A stretch of DNA of 30,105 bases from positions 1 through 30,105 of the forward strand of contig JBNAVT010000024.1 in assembly GCA_049700215.1 (NCBI GenBank), in the 5' to 3' direction. This DNA is from Thermoproteota archaeon (GTDB lineage Archaea > Thermoproteota > EX4484-205 > JAAOZP01). Positions 1 through 7,966 of the stretch are shown in pieces; position 1 is the first letter of the stretch, and each line of letters begins with the position of its first letter. The notes below the pieces were generated by a model. That model worked only from the letters and a program-made list of their open reading frames with translations. It searched no databases and was not told the DNA's origin. Position numbers and translations under genes: made by a program.

Positions 1-343
1 TTTCAACAATGTCCCTAATTATCACGCGTATCTCCTCCCCGGAAAGCTTCTGCCCGTTCATCTTCCTCCTGATGTAGGCGATGGACTGCGGCCTCTCGCT
101 TGGAACCAGGTTAACCAGGTCCCCGTCTTTTAACGCCAGGGACCTGGCTGCCTCCGTGAAAACCCCTATTTCTCCTATGCCCAGCAGTGTTGAAGTAATG
201 TTCGCCACGGCTGTCAGCGACCCCTTTTCACAGTATACCCTAACGTGGTCGAGCGGGTGGACCCCGAGCTCCCCCGCGTCGTCAACGTTCAGCAGGATCT
301 CGTAAGCTCCCTGCTCAATGTCGATAACCCTTGCCTTAAACAT
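1..343 (-). CDS. AMP phosphorylase (thymidine phosphorylase family), N-terminal part; runs off the left edge
   Basis: Not in the ORF track. Manual translation from ATG at 343 gives MFKARVIDIEQGAYEILLNVDDAGELGVHPLDHVRV...SERPQSIAYIRRKMNGQKLSGEEIRVIIRDIVE, open to the edge. This matches the N-terminal barrel plus the 'I(R/K)KKxxGxKLSxEEI' start of the helical domain of archaeal AMP phosphorylases. Confidence 0.85.
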   Translation of the reverse strand, partial: MFKARVIDIEQGAYEILLNVDDAGELGVHPLDHVRVYCEKGSLTAVANITSTLLGIGEIGVFTEAARSLALKDGDLVNLVPSERPQSIAYIRRKMNGQKLSGEEIRVIIRDIVE

Positions 344-348
344 CACTG

Positions 349-375
349 GGTTAAAAGGCACGCGGCCTTTTAACC
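349..375. promoter_or_regulatory. Perfect 11-bp inverted repeat overlapping the TATA box of the AMP phosphorylase gene
   Basis: GGTTAAAAGGC-acgcg-GCCTTTTAACC. The minus-strand AAAGGTTAAAA (378-368) lies 25 nt before the ATG at 343. Confidence 0.55.
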
Positions 376-426
376 TTTAATGATGGGTTCGAGGCTCGTT
401 TGAAACACCGGGCTCCTGCTTAACAC

Positions 427-2448
427 TCAGCCGGGTGCCAGCGCTTTAAAGTCAAGCCTCTTAATCTTCACTGTGCCGCTCAGCCTCTCCCCTGAAACAA
501 GGTCTCTGAAAACACTGCCGCCAAGGTTTACCTCCACATCCTTCTCCCCATGGTTTAAAAGGAACAGGGTTTCCTTCCCATCCCCCTTCCTCCTTGTCGC
601 CTCCACTCCTCGAACACCTGGAAGAACCTCTTTAACAATACTCTTTTCCAGAAGCCGGTTGACTAGTTCATCATAAAACTCTGCCGAGGTAAACGTTCCA
701 ATGTATATGGCAACACCCTTGCCGAAGCGTTTCATAGTTACAGCCGGTTTTCCAGCGTACATGCCTGAGCTGTATTCAGCAATAACCTCAGAATCCTCAA
801 CCGTCAGCTTCTCCATCCAGTTCCGAGCCTTGAAGAAAGCATTATTCCCGAGGAACACTGCCCCACATTCTTCACCCTCAGGCAAACCAGTGTACTCCTC
901 CACAGCGACTCCGAACAAGTCTGACACTCTTCCCGGAAGAGGCTTGTCAACAATATTGTTGTTCCAATCCTTCGCCCCAGTTCTAGGCGTGGCGATAAGC
1001 ACCCCGCCCCTATTCACGTATGATCTTAGCGTGTCCTCCAGCCTATCGTTTAACAGCATTAGGGATGGTGCGAATAAAGCGCGATACCTGTTTAAATCAT
1101 CCGAGAAGGGGTCTGCAAAGTCTACTAGAATGTTTCTCCTGTAGAGCGCCCTGTAAACGTCTAAAACCGGCTCCCAGGCGCTCATCCCGTAATAGTTCTC
1201 CCCACCGTAGCCAACCTCAAGGTCCCACGCCCAGAGATTATCGTAAACCAGAAGGATGCCGGTGTCCGCGTCGAAAGAAGTGTTCGCAAAATCCGGGGCT
1301 ATTTGGAAGAGCTCCTCAGAAACCTTCTTGACCTCGGAGAACCTTCGCCTGGGCACGCCGTCGTGATCCAGGATTCCATGCCAATACTCCTCAGCGCCGA
1401 ACCTGCAGGACCTCCACCTGAAGTAGAGGACCCCGTCAGCACCCCTGGCGACTGATTGAACAGTCCAAAGCCGTATTTCACCCGGCCTCGGCGTTGGCGC
1501 GAGACGAGTCTTAACAGCGCCGCTCTGCAGCTCCATTATCCAGTAGGGTTTCTTCTTAAGGCTTCTCATCAGGTCGTGCGCCATTGCTGAAGCCGCATAG
1601 TCAACCTTGGAGGACCATCTGGGATAATAGTCGAAGGAGACGAAGTCCAGGTCCCTCGCGAGCTTAAAGTAGTCAAGCTCCTTGTAAAGCCCCATGAAGT
1701 TATGGGTTACAAGGTGGTGGGGCGCGTGTCTACGTATTATTTCCACCTGCAGCCTCTGGTAGTTAACCCAGGCGTCGCTAGAGAAGCGGTGCCACTCCAG
1801 GCAGAGCGCAGGGTTCTGCATGTCGAACGGCGGCCTCGGCGGGAACACTTCATCCCAAGAACGGTACTCCTGGCCCCAGAAAACTAGGCCGCACGCGGAG
1901 TTCAGCCTCTCAATACTGCCGTGCTTCTCCTTCAGCCAGCTTCTGAAACCCCTTATCGAGTTTTCGCAGTAGCAGAGGTTTACGTCGAACTCGTTGTCTA
2001 TCTGCCAGCCAATAACGCTCGGATGATCCTTGTAGTGGAGAACCATTGCTTCAACCATCCTTCTCGTGTGCTCGATATAGCTTGGGCTTACCGCGCAACA
2101 GTTCTTTCTAGTGCCCTCCGGCTTACGTCTGCCATGGGGATCAACCTGAAGAATATCGGGGTGAGCCTTAACCAACCAGGGTGGTGGGGCTGCGGTAGGG
2201 GTTCCGAGTACAGCCTTTATGCCATGCTTGGACAGGATTTCAAGCGCGTCATCCAGCCAGCTGAAGTCGAACTCTCCTTCAGCAGGCTCCATCCTGCTCC
2301 AGGCGAACTCGGCTAGCCTAACAATGTTGAAACGCAGCTCAGCCATCATCTTAGCGTCAGCCACCCATCTTTCTCTAGGCCAGTGCTCCGGGTAATAGTC
2401 GGCGCCGAACCTGAAGAACGGGCTTACTCTACCACCCGTATTCCCCAT
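427..2448 (-). CDS. Beta-galactosidase, glycoside hydrolase family 42
   Basis: FGADYYPEHW, RLAEFAWSRMEP, GTPTAAPP, WQIDNE (acid/base), MELQSG (nucleophile), Cys residues of the Zn site, GAEEYWHG. Start moved to ATG 2448 because a BRE-TATA (GAAAAGCTTTATT, 2484-2472) lies 24 nt upstream and the longer ORF overlaps the divergent gene. Confidence 0.95.
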   Translation of the reverse strand: MGNTGGRVSPFFRFGADYYPEHWPRERWVADAKMMAELRFNIVRLAEFAWSRMEPAEGEFDFSWLDDALEILSKHGIKAVLGTPTAAPPPWLVKAHPDILQVDPHGRRKPEGTRKNCCAVSPSYIEHTRRMVEAMVLHYKDHPSVIGWQIDNEFDVNLCYCENSIRGFRSWLKEKHGSIERLNSACGLVFWGQEYRSWDEVFPPRPPFDMQNPALCLEWHRFSSDAWVNYQRLQVEIIRRHAPHHLVTHNFMGLYKELDYFKLARDLDFVSFDYYPRWSSKVDYAASAMAHDLMRSLKKKPYWIMELQSGAVKTRLAPTPRPGEIRLWTVQSVARGADGVLYFRWRSCRFGAEEYWHGILDHDGVPRRRFSEVKKVSEELFQIAPDFANTSFDADTGILLVYDNLWAWDLEVGYGGENYYGMSAWEPVLDVYRALYRRNILVDFADPFSDDLNRYRALFAPSLMLLNDRLEDTLRSYVNRGGVLIATPRTGAKDWNNNIVDKPLPGRVSDLFGVAVEEYTGLPEGEECGAVFLGNNAFFKARNWMEKLTVEDSEVIAEYSSGMYAGKPAVTMKRFGKGVAIYIGTFTSAEFYDELVNRLLEKSIVKEVLPGVRGVEATRRKGDGKETLFLLNHGEKDVEVNLGGSVFRDLVSGERLSGTVKIKRLDFKALAPG

Positions 2449-2471
2449 GAAAAAGACGATTCTCGGATGAA

Positions 2472-2497
2472 AATAAAGCTTTTCGAAAACATAAATA
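2472..2497. promoter_or_regulatory. Back-to-back BRE-TATA promoters for the GH42 and VIT1/CCC1 genes
   Basis: Minus GAAAAGCTTTATT (2484-2472) and plus GAAAACATAAATA (2485-2497), each 24 nt from an ATG (2448 and 2521). Confidence 0.6.
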
Positions 2498-2520
2498 TGG
2501 AGCCGTCGAGGAGAGTTGAG

Positions 2521-3396
2521 ATGGTTGAAGAGCATAGTCAAGATTTTGAAAAAAGGGTTCTGGCTTTCCAGAGGAACGAGATAACTGAGCACATGGTTTA
2601 CAATGCTCTCTCGAAAAGGGCTAGGGGCGAGAATCCACAGCTTTTAAAAAAGATTTCTGAAGACGAGTTGCGCCACTACGGTGAATGGAGGAACTATACG
2701 GGTAGAGATGTCGCCCCGAACAGGCTTATGCTTTTCAAATACCTCCTCATATCAAGGCTCTTCGGCTTAACCTTCGCGGTTAAGCTTATGGAGAAGGGCG
2801 AGAAGGAGGCGGAGGAGGTTTACGAGAAAATATCCATCGTCTTCCCGAAAGCAAGGGAAATAATGAGGGATGAGATGGAGCATGAGAATATCCTGATAGG
2901 CATGATTGACGAGGAGATGGTGAAGTATGTCGGCTCACTAGTGCTGGGTTTGAACGATGCGCTTGTCGAGCTTACTGGGGCTCTCGCCGGCCTAACCTTC
3001 ACCCTTCAAAACAGTAAGCTGGTTGGAGTCGCGGGGCTTATAACCGGCATAGCAGCCTCTCTCTCCATGTCCGCCTCAGAATACTTGTCCCAGAAATCAG
3101 AGAAGACTGAGAAAAACCCTTTGAAAGCATCCTTATACACCGGCATCACTTATTTGGCTACTGTCCTCGTATTGTCAGCCCCGTATCTCCTCCTCTCCGA
3201 TTACCGTCTCTCTCTGGCAATCATGCTCCTCAGCATAAGTCTGATCGTGTCTGTCTTCACCTTCTTCATCTCAATAACTAAGGAGACCTCGTTCAGAAGG
3301 ATGTTTCTAGAAATGATTCTCATAAGTCTCGGAGTGGCTGCAGTATCCTTCATAATAGGATGGTTTGCAAGGATCCTTTTCGGGATAGAGGTCTAG
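2521..3396 (+). CDS. Ferritin/rubrerythrin-like di-iron domain fused to a VIT1/CCC1 metal transporter domain
   Basis: N-terminal E...DELRH...E...DEMEH di-iron pattern. C-terminal LVLGLNDALVELTGALAG and SLSMSASEYLS followed by hydrophobic helices. Start is 2521 by TATA spacing (2497 is an alternative). Confidence 0.88.
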   Translation: MVEEHSQDFEKRVLAFQRNEITEHMVYNALSKRARGENPQLLKKISEDELRHYGEWRNYTGRDVAPNRLMLFKYLLISRLFGLTFAVKLMEKGEKEAEEVYEKISIVFPKAREIMRDEMEHENILIGMIDEEMVKYVGSLVLGLNDALVELTGALAGLTFTLQNSKLVGVAGLITGIAASLSMSASEYLSQKSEKTEKNPLKASLYTGITYLATVLVLSAPYLLLSDYRLSLAIMLLSISLIVSVFTFFISITKETSFRRMFLEMILISLGVAAVSFIIGWFARILFGIEV

Positions 3397-3459
3397 CCCT
3401 GAAGCCGGATGAGCATTAAGCCTTAGCGCGCGCTGTTAAAGCCGGGTTTGAAAAAGGGG

Positions 3460-4452
3460 TTAAACAGGGATCCGGCCGGCGAACAGCCTTATGTATTCCT
3501 TAGCCTTCTCCTTAACCCTGTCCCTGGCCGCGGTGCCGAATTTCCTGAAGTCTTTTTCACTCGGGTTAGCCTGGTAGGCTTTTACGAAGCCTTCGATGAA
3601 GGCTATTGACAGGGCGGTTGCAACATTAACCTTAGTCACGCCACCAGTCTTGATAGCGTCTAGAAGAGTGCCCTCGCCCTTCTGCAGAACAATTCCTTTT
3701 TCACGCGCATCCTTCGGCGTCATGAGTATTCCGGATGAGCCGTGGGACACGATGGGTATTCGCATCCGCTCCTGTATTGCGACAAGCCTGTCTATGCGGA
3801 CTGGCCATATGTCGTCCCAAATCCCGTGTATCGAGCCGAAGGCGGCAGCCAGAAAGTCGCAGCCAGTCTTCTTCACAAAGTATTCAACGTCCTCTGGCTT
3901 AGCCATGAGCTCCTCCACAGACTTCCCTGCTTTCTCGCGAATAATCCTTACGGCTTCAGCCGGCGGTAGAGATCTTAAACGGGCTATCTCAGCCTGAGAG
4001 AAATAGTCTTCAATCTTCGGAATCTTCCCTAGCTCAGCCTCAACCGGCACTCCTTTGTCACGACACATTTCAACAACCTGCCGTGTAAGCCTAATGTTTT
4101 CTTCAAGCGGAAGAGAAGAACCGTCGAAAAGCACGGCTGTGAAGCCTGCGTCAAGGGCTTTTTTAACCTGGTCTATTTCAGTCGCGTGGTCAAGGTTGAG
4201 AGCTATGCGAACATCAGTCTCAGAGGCTGCGATCTTAACCATTCCAGCCCCCAGAGACCATCCTGCGTACTTGCTTGCACCGGGGCTCAGCTGGATTATC
4301 AGATCCATGGGTTCACCGACCTCCTTGGATACTTCTTCAGCAGCCCATATGAAAGCCTGTATCATCTCCATGTTGTTCGCGTTGAAAGCACCTACGGCTC
4401 TACCCTCTTTCAAGGCTGGTAGAAGCAGGTCGCGTTCATTTACTAGAGGCAT
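3460..4452 (-). CDS. Class II (Zn) ketose-bisphosphate aldolase, FbaA/GatY family
   Basis: AVGAFN, LNLDHA, FDGSSLPLEENI, VEAELG, AFGSIHG, VSHGSSG, KVNVAT, DFRK. ATG 4452 is preceded by GGAGG and a TATA box (GAAAGCTTTTATA, 4505-4493). Confidence 0.9.
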   Translation of the reverse strand: MPLVNERDLLLPALKEGRAVGAFNANNMEMIQAFIWAAEEVSKEVGEPMDLIIQLSPGASKYAGWSLGAGMVKIAASETDVRIALNLDHATEIDQVKKALDAGFTAVLFDGSSLPLEENIRLTRQVVEMCRDKGVPVEAELGKIPKIEDYFSQAEIARLRSLPPAEAVRIIREKAGKSVEELMAKPEDVEYFVKKTGCDFLAAAFGSIHGIWDDIWPVRIDRLVAIQERMRIPIVSHGSSGILMTPKDAREKGIVLQKGEGTLLDAIKTGGVTKVNVATALSIAFIEGFVKAYQANPSEKDFRKFGTAARDRVKEKAKEYIRLFAGRIPV

Positions 4453-4601
4453 ATATTCTCCCTCCTTTCCTTCTTTCCGTGTAGAGGAAAGGTATAAAAG
4501 CTTTCCCGTAATCAAGCGGTTAGCGCACGCGCGCTGCCGTTTCCCCAGTCCAGACCACGGGTAAAGTTTAAAAGCTCTTCGATTATCCGCCTGCGGAATT
4601 A

Positions 4602-5936
4602 TTGTTGTTGAAAATAATGAATAAAAAGATGCTTTCCAAAAGCAGGTGGAGAGAAGATGTTTTGGAAATACTTGAAGAAGGATTGATGGCGTCTGACCCG
4701 AAGAAATCGGTGGCTGATGCCCTTGAAGAGATAAGCGGGGAGATTGAGGCTGCGGAAAGGGTCTTCGTAATCGGGTTTGGAAAAGCCGCTTCGTCAATGG
4801 CTGAAGCATGCGAGGAAAAAATAGGGGAGAAGATTTTCGACGGCGCCATAATAATCCCGGAGAACGTTGACGCGAGAGGTCTTACGAGGATAAGGGTTTT
4901 CAGGGGGACGCACCCCGCTCCTTCAGAGGCTAGTGTCGAGTCGACCAGGAGGCTGGTTTCAAGCTGCCAGGGTTTAACCCGGAGAGACCTTGTAATATGC
5001 CTTATCTCCGGAGGAGGATCATCCCTGTTAACCCTCCCCGCTGAAGGCGTGAAGCTGGAGGAGAAGAAGATGGCGACAGACATCCTCCTGAAATCCGGTG
5101 CGGATATAAAGGAGATCAACATGGTTCGGAAACACTTATCTAGCGTTAAAGGAGGGCAATTGATAAACTTCCTTAAGCCTGCGAAAGTGGTTTCACTCAT
5201 TCTATCCGACATAGTGGGAGACCCTGTTGAGTACATTGCTTCAGGACCGACTTCCCCAGACCCGTCAACCTTTAAAGACGCTTACAACGTTATTTTGAAG
5301 TATGATCTGACGAGAAAGCTGCCTGGAAGCATTGTTGAAAGAATAGAAAGGGGGATGCGGGGGGAGGTCCCTGAAACCCCGAAGCCGGGGGACGAGATTT
5401 TCAACAATGTTAAGAACATTATCGTGTCAAACAACATGAGGTCCCTGACAGCGATGGAAAGGAAGGCTGTTGAACTAGGCTACAACACGCTTGTCTTAAC
5501 ATCGTTCGCCGAGGGGGAGGCTCGTGAAGTCGGAAGATTCCTATGCGCAATCGTTAAGCAAATAGCCGCCTACGACTCGCCTGTTAAAAAGCCAGCCTGC
5601 CTGGTAGTCGGCGGGGAGACTACCGTAACCGTTAAGGGCAGGGGGAAAGGAGGAAGGAACCAAGAGCTCACCCTATCCGTCTTAACTAGCTGCGGCGGTT
5701 TAAGGAACCTTGTCTTCGCATCGATTGGAAGCGACGGCATCGACGGCTATACTGATGCAGCAGGCGCCATTGCCGATTTTTCCACGCTGGAAAACGCGTG
5801 TAGCAAAGGACTGAATCCGGAGGCATTTCTCAAGGATAATGATTCCTACAATTTCTTCAAGCAGACGGGTGATCTAATCTTCACCGGTTCGACGGGCACT
5901 AACGTGAATGATTTCACCTTGGCAGTAGTATACTAG
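4602..5936 (+). CDS. Glycerate 2-kinase (MOFRL/GckA family)
   Basis: VIGFGKAA, THPAP, LISGGGSSL, RKHLSSVKGG, LSDIVGD, IASGPT, GGETTV, GGRNQE, SDGIDG, TGTNVND. TTG start 28 nt after AAAGTTTAAAAG; ATG 4617 is an alternative. Confidence 0.93.
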   Translation: MLLKIMNKKMLSKSRWREDVLEILEEGLMASDPKKSVADALEEISGEIEAAERVFVIGFGKAASSMAEACEEKIGEKIFDGAIIIPENVDARGLTRIRVFRGTHPAPSEASVESTRRLVSSCQGLTRRDLVICLISGGGSSLLTLPAEGVKLEEKKMATDILLKSGADIKEINMVRKHLSSVKGGQLINFLKPAKVVSLILSDIVGDPVEYIASGPTSPDPSTFKDAYNVILKYDLTRKLPGSIVERIERGMRGEVPETPKPGDEIFNNVKNIIVSNNMRSLTAMERKAVELGYNTLVLTSFAEGEAREVGRFLCAIVKQIAAYDSPVKKPACLVVGGETTVTVKGRGKGGRNQELTLSVLTSCGGLRNLVFASIGSDGIDGYTDAAGAIADFSTLENACSKGLNPEAFLKDNDSYNFFKQTGDLIFTGSTGTNVNDFTLAVVY

Positions 5937-5943
5937 AAGTAAA

Positions 5944-5973
5944 CACGTCGACGTGGCGAATACTCGTACGCCA
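5944..5973. terminator. Palindrome/hairpin in the gap between convergent genes (possible terminator)
   Basis: Perfect 12-bp palindrome CACGTCGACGTG (5944-5955) overlapping TGGCG-N10-CGCCA, in the 45-nt gap between two stop codons. Confidence 0.3.
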
Positions 5974-5981
5974 ATAGGCCT

Positions 5982-7058
5982 TTAAACAAGGTATTTAGAA
6001 ATGTATTTTCTCCCAGCGTATTCTTCAATCAGCTTCTCGTCTATCGGATACGTACCGTATTTCTTCGTCAACTCTATCATAAGCATGTAGTTGGAGGGCT
6101 TCACCGCCGGGTGGATACTGTTGCTCGAAGCCATGACGTGGCCACCGCCCGGAGACGCCTTCGCAATGGTCTCCTTCACCGCGTCTTCAACCTCTTTCTC
6201 ACTGCCGAGTGGGAGGACGTACGAGCAGTCAACATTCCCGATGACGGCTATTCGCCCACCGTACTTCCTCTTAACCTCACCAATATCCATCCCGGCAATG
6301 GGCTCTATCGGGTCAAGGGCGTCAATCCCCGAGTCAATGATCATGTCGATTATAAGCCAAAGATTGCCGTCAGTATGCTTTATGAAGGGGACTCCAAGCC
6401 TCTTGGCTGTTTGAACAACCCTCTTCAAATACGGTAGGACAAACTCTTCAAACTGCTTCACCGGCATAAACGGCCCCTTCCTGTCAGCATAGTCGTCTCC
6501 GGTTAAAACAACGTCAGCCCCCATCCTAACAGCCCTCTCTATGACCCTACACTTATACTGTGAAATGGTTTCGCTCAGCCTGTGGACGAAATCCTTATTC
6601 TTATGGTAGTGGAGAAAAAGGTTCCGCAAGCCGCCGACTAAATAGTGAGAGAACTCGAATGTTTCATGGCTGAGCAGCACTATCGCCCGCTCCCCTTTAA
6701 ACCTGTCAACGTATGATTCAAGCGTTTTCAGCCTCCAGTCTGCATCCGGGTCTGGGGGAGAATACTTGCCCAGGTCACCCGGCTCCTTAATCGGGCCCTT
6801 AACCGGGTAGTTTACCCCAGCGTCAATCGGCTTCCACCTTATCCCCCACTCGTCGACAAGGCATTCCCCGTTCTTCTCAAACCTTTGATCCTCGCTCACG
6901 CACACCCCGTCTAGCCCTGCCCACTCAATGAAGTCAGCGTAGGTCCCGCCTGGGAGCAGGCTTCCTATCACGGGCTCGTTTATTATGAGTTCCCAAAGGG
7001 GAACCCTGTCAGGCTGCTGCCTGTTCAAAGCTTTAAGGAACCTGTCTCGAGGCTTCAC
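5982..7058 (-). CDS. Uroporphyrinogen decarboxylase/MtaA-CmuA fold protein of unknown function (copy 1)
   Basis: QPDRVP, VDEWG, TGDDYA, IKHTDGN, LDPIEP, IGNVD, GGGHVMASSNSIH. GTG start 23 nt after GAAAGTTTATAAA. Confidence 0.85.
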   Translation of the reverse strand: MKPRDRFLKALNRQQPDRVPLWELIINEPVIGSLLPGGTYADFIEWAGLDGVCVSEDQRFEKNGECLVDEWGIRWKPIDAGVNYPVKGPIKEPGDLGKYSPPDPDADWRLKTLESYVDRFKGERAIVLLSHETFEFSHYLVGGLRNLFLHYHKNKDFVHRLSETISQYKCRVIERAVRMGADVVLTGDDYADRKGPFMPVKQFEEFVLPYLKRVVQTAKRLGVPFIKHTDGNLWLIIDMIIDSGIDALDPIEPIAGMDIGEVKRKYGGRIAVIGNVDCSYVLPLGSEKEVEDAVKETIAKASPGGGHVMASSNSIHPAVKPSNYMLMIELTKKYGTYPIDEKLIEEYAGRKYISKYLV

Positions 7059-7126
7059 GGTAAAGCCTGACTCCGCATCGTTTATAAACTTTCACTTCGC
7101 CCGCTTCCCCGGAAGCGCATGATTCC

Positions 7127-7927
7127 CTAAATGCTTGAAACCGACTGTTCCAGAACCTCTAACGAGAACCTCAGCTCTTCCCTCGGGTTCTCCCCAAGCC
7201 TTGCCTCAATAGACATTGCGCCACCGTACCCTATTTCCCTGAAGCATTCGAAGAGCCTGTGGAAATCTATAATACCTCTCCCCGGCACCCTGCTATTGTT
7301 ATCCGCGAGATGCACGTGAATAATTTCCCCTCCGGCTTTTTTCAAGGACTCCACCAAGTCGTATTCCTCCCTTATCATGTGTCTAATGTCTGCAGTCATC
7401 TTTACGAAATCGGAGTTAACTTTCTCAACGAGTTCCAAAGCTTCATCAACAGTGTTAACGAAATTGGTCTCGTTCTTCGGAAGCGGCTCGATGCCGAATC
7501 TCACGTTAAACTCCTCCCCTGCTCTAGCTGCCTCCTTCAGAACCTCCAGGTTTCTTTCACAGCCTTCTTGACGGGCTGTTTCAAAAGGTATGCTTCTAGC
7601 CTTTCCGGAGCCCCATACTAAAACGGGGCACTCGATCTCTGAAGCCGCTTCAGCAAGCCTGCGAGTATACTCTATGCTCCTCCTTCTCAAGTGTTCAGAG
7701 TTAGAAGCATGCGAGAAGTCCGGCGGGTAAATACTGTTTGAAGCAACTATGCTGACGCCATAAGAGCTTGAAAGCTCCCTTATTCTCTTTAAATCCGTCT
7801 TGGAAACCCTAAACGGGTTGATCTGCAGCCAGCCTGGAATCTCTATGGCTTCAAACCCGAGTTCGGAGAGGGTTTTAAAGTTCTCCTCAGTAGCCTGCAT
7901 GCAGACGCCGAGCCTCCAGTTCAACAA
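7127..7927 (-). CDS. Sugar (phosphate) isomerase/epimerase, xylose-isomerase-like TIM barrel, similar to ketose 3-epimerases
   Basis: GFEAIEI, GIEPL, ADIRHM, HVHLADNNSRVPGRG and SIEA together give the E/D/H/E metal site. Confidence 0.85.
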   Translation of the reverse strand: MLNWRLGVCMQATEENFKTLSELGFEAIEIPGWLQINPFRVSKTDLKRIRELSSSYGVSIVASNSIYPPDFSHASNSEHLRRRSIEYTRRLAEAASEIECPVLVWGSGKARSIPFETARQEGCERNLEVLKEAARAGEEFNVRFGIEPLPKNETNFVNTVDEALELVEKVNSDFVKMTADIRHMIREEYDLVESLKKAGGEIIHVHLADNNSRVPGRGIIDFHRLFECFREIGYGGAMSIEARLGENPREELRFSLEVLEQSVSSI

Positions 7928-7966
7928 TTATCAAATGCTTCTAACCATACTTAAGCATATCTGGTT

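Noticed and set aside
81-305. 74-aa plus-strand ORF
   Set aside because: It is the antisense shadow of the AMP phosphorylase gene on the minus strand.
2383-4809. Apparent long overlaps and N-terminal extensions of GH42, VIT1 and aldolase (also ridA from 17080 and moeA from 25611)
   Set aside because: These are artefacts of longest-ORF calling. Homology begins at downstream ATGs that have properly spaced TATA/SD elements.
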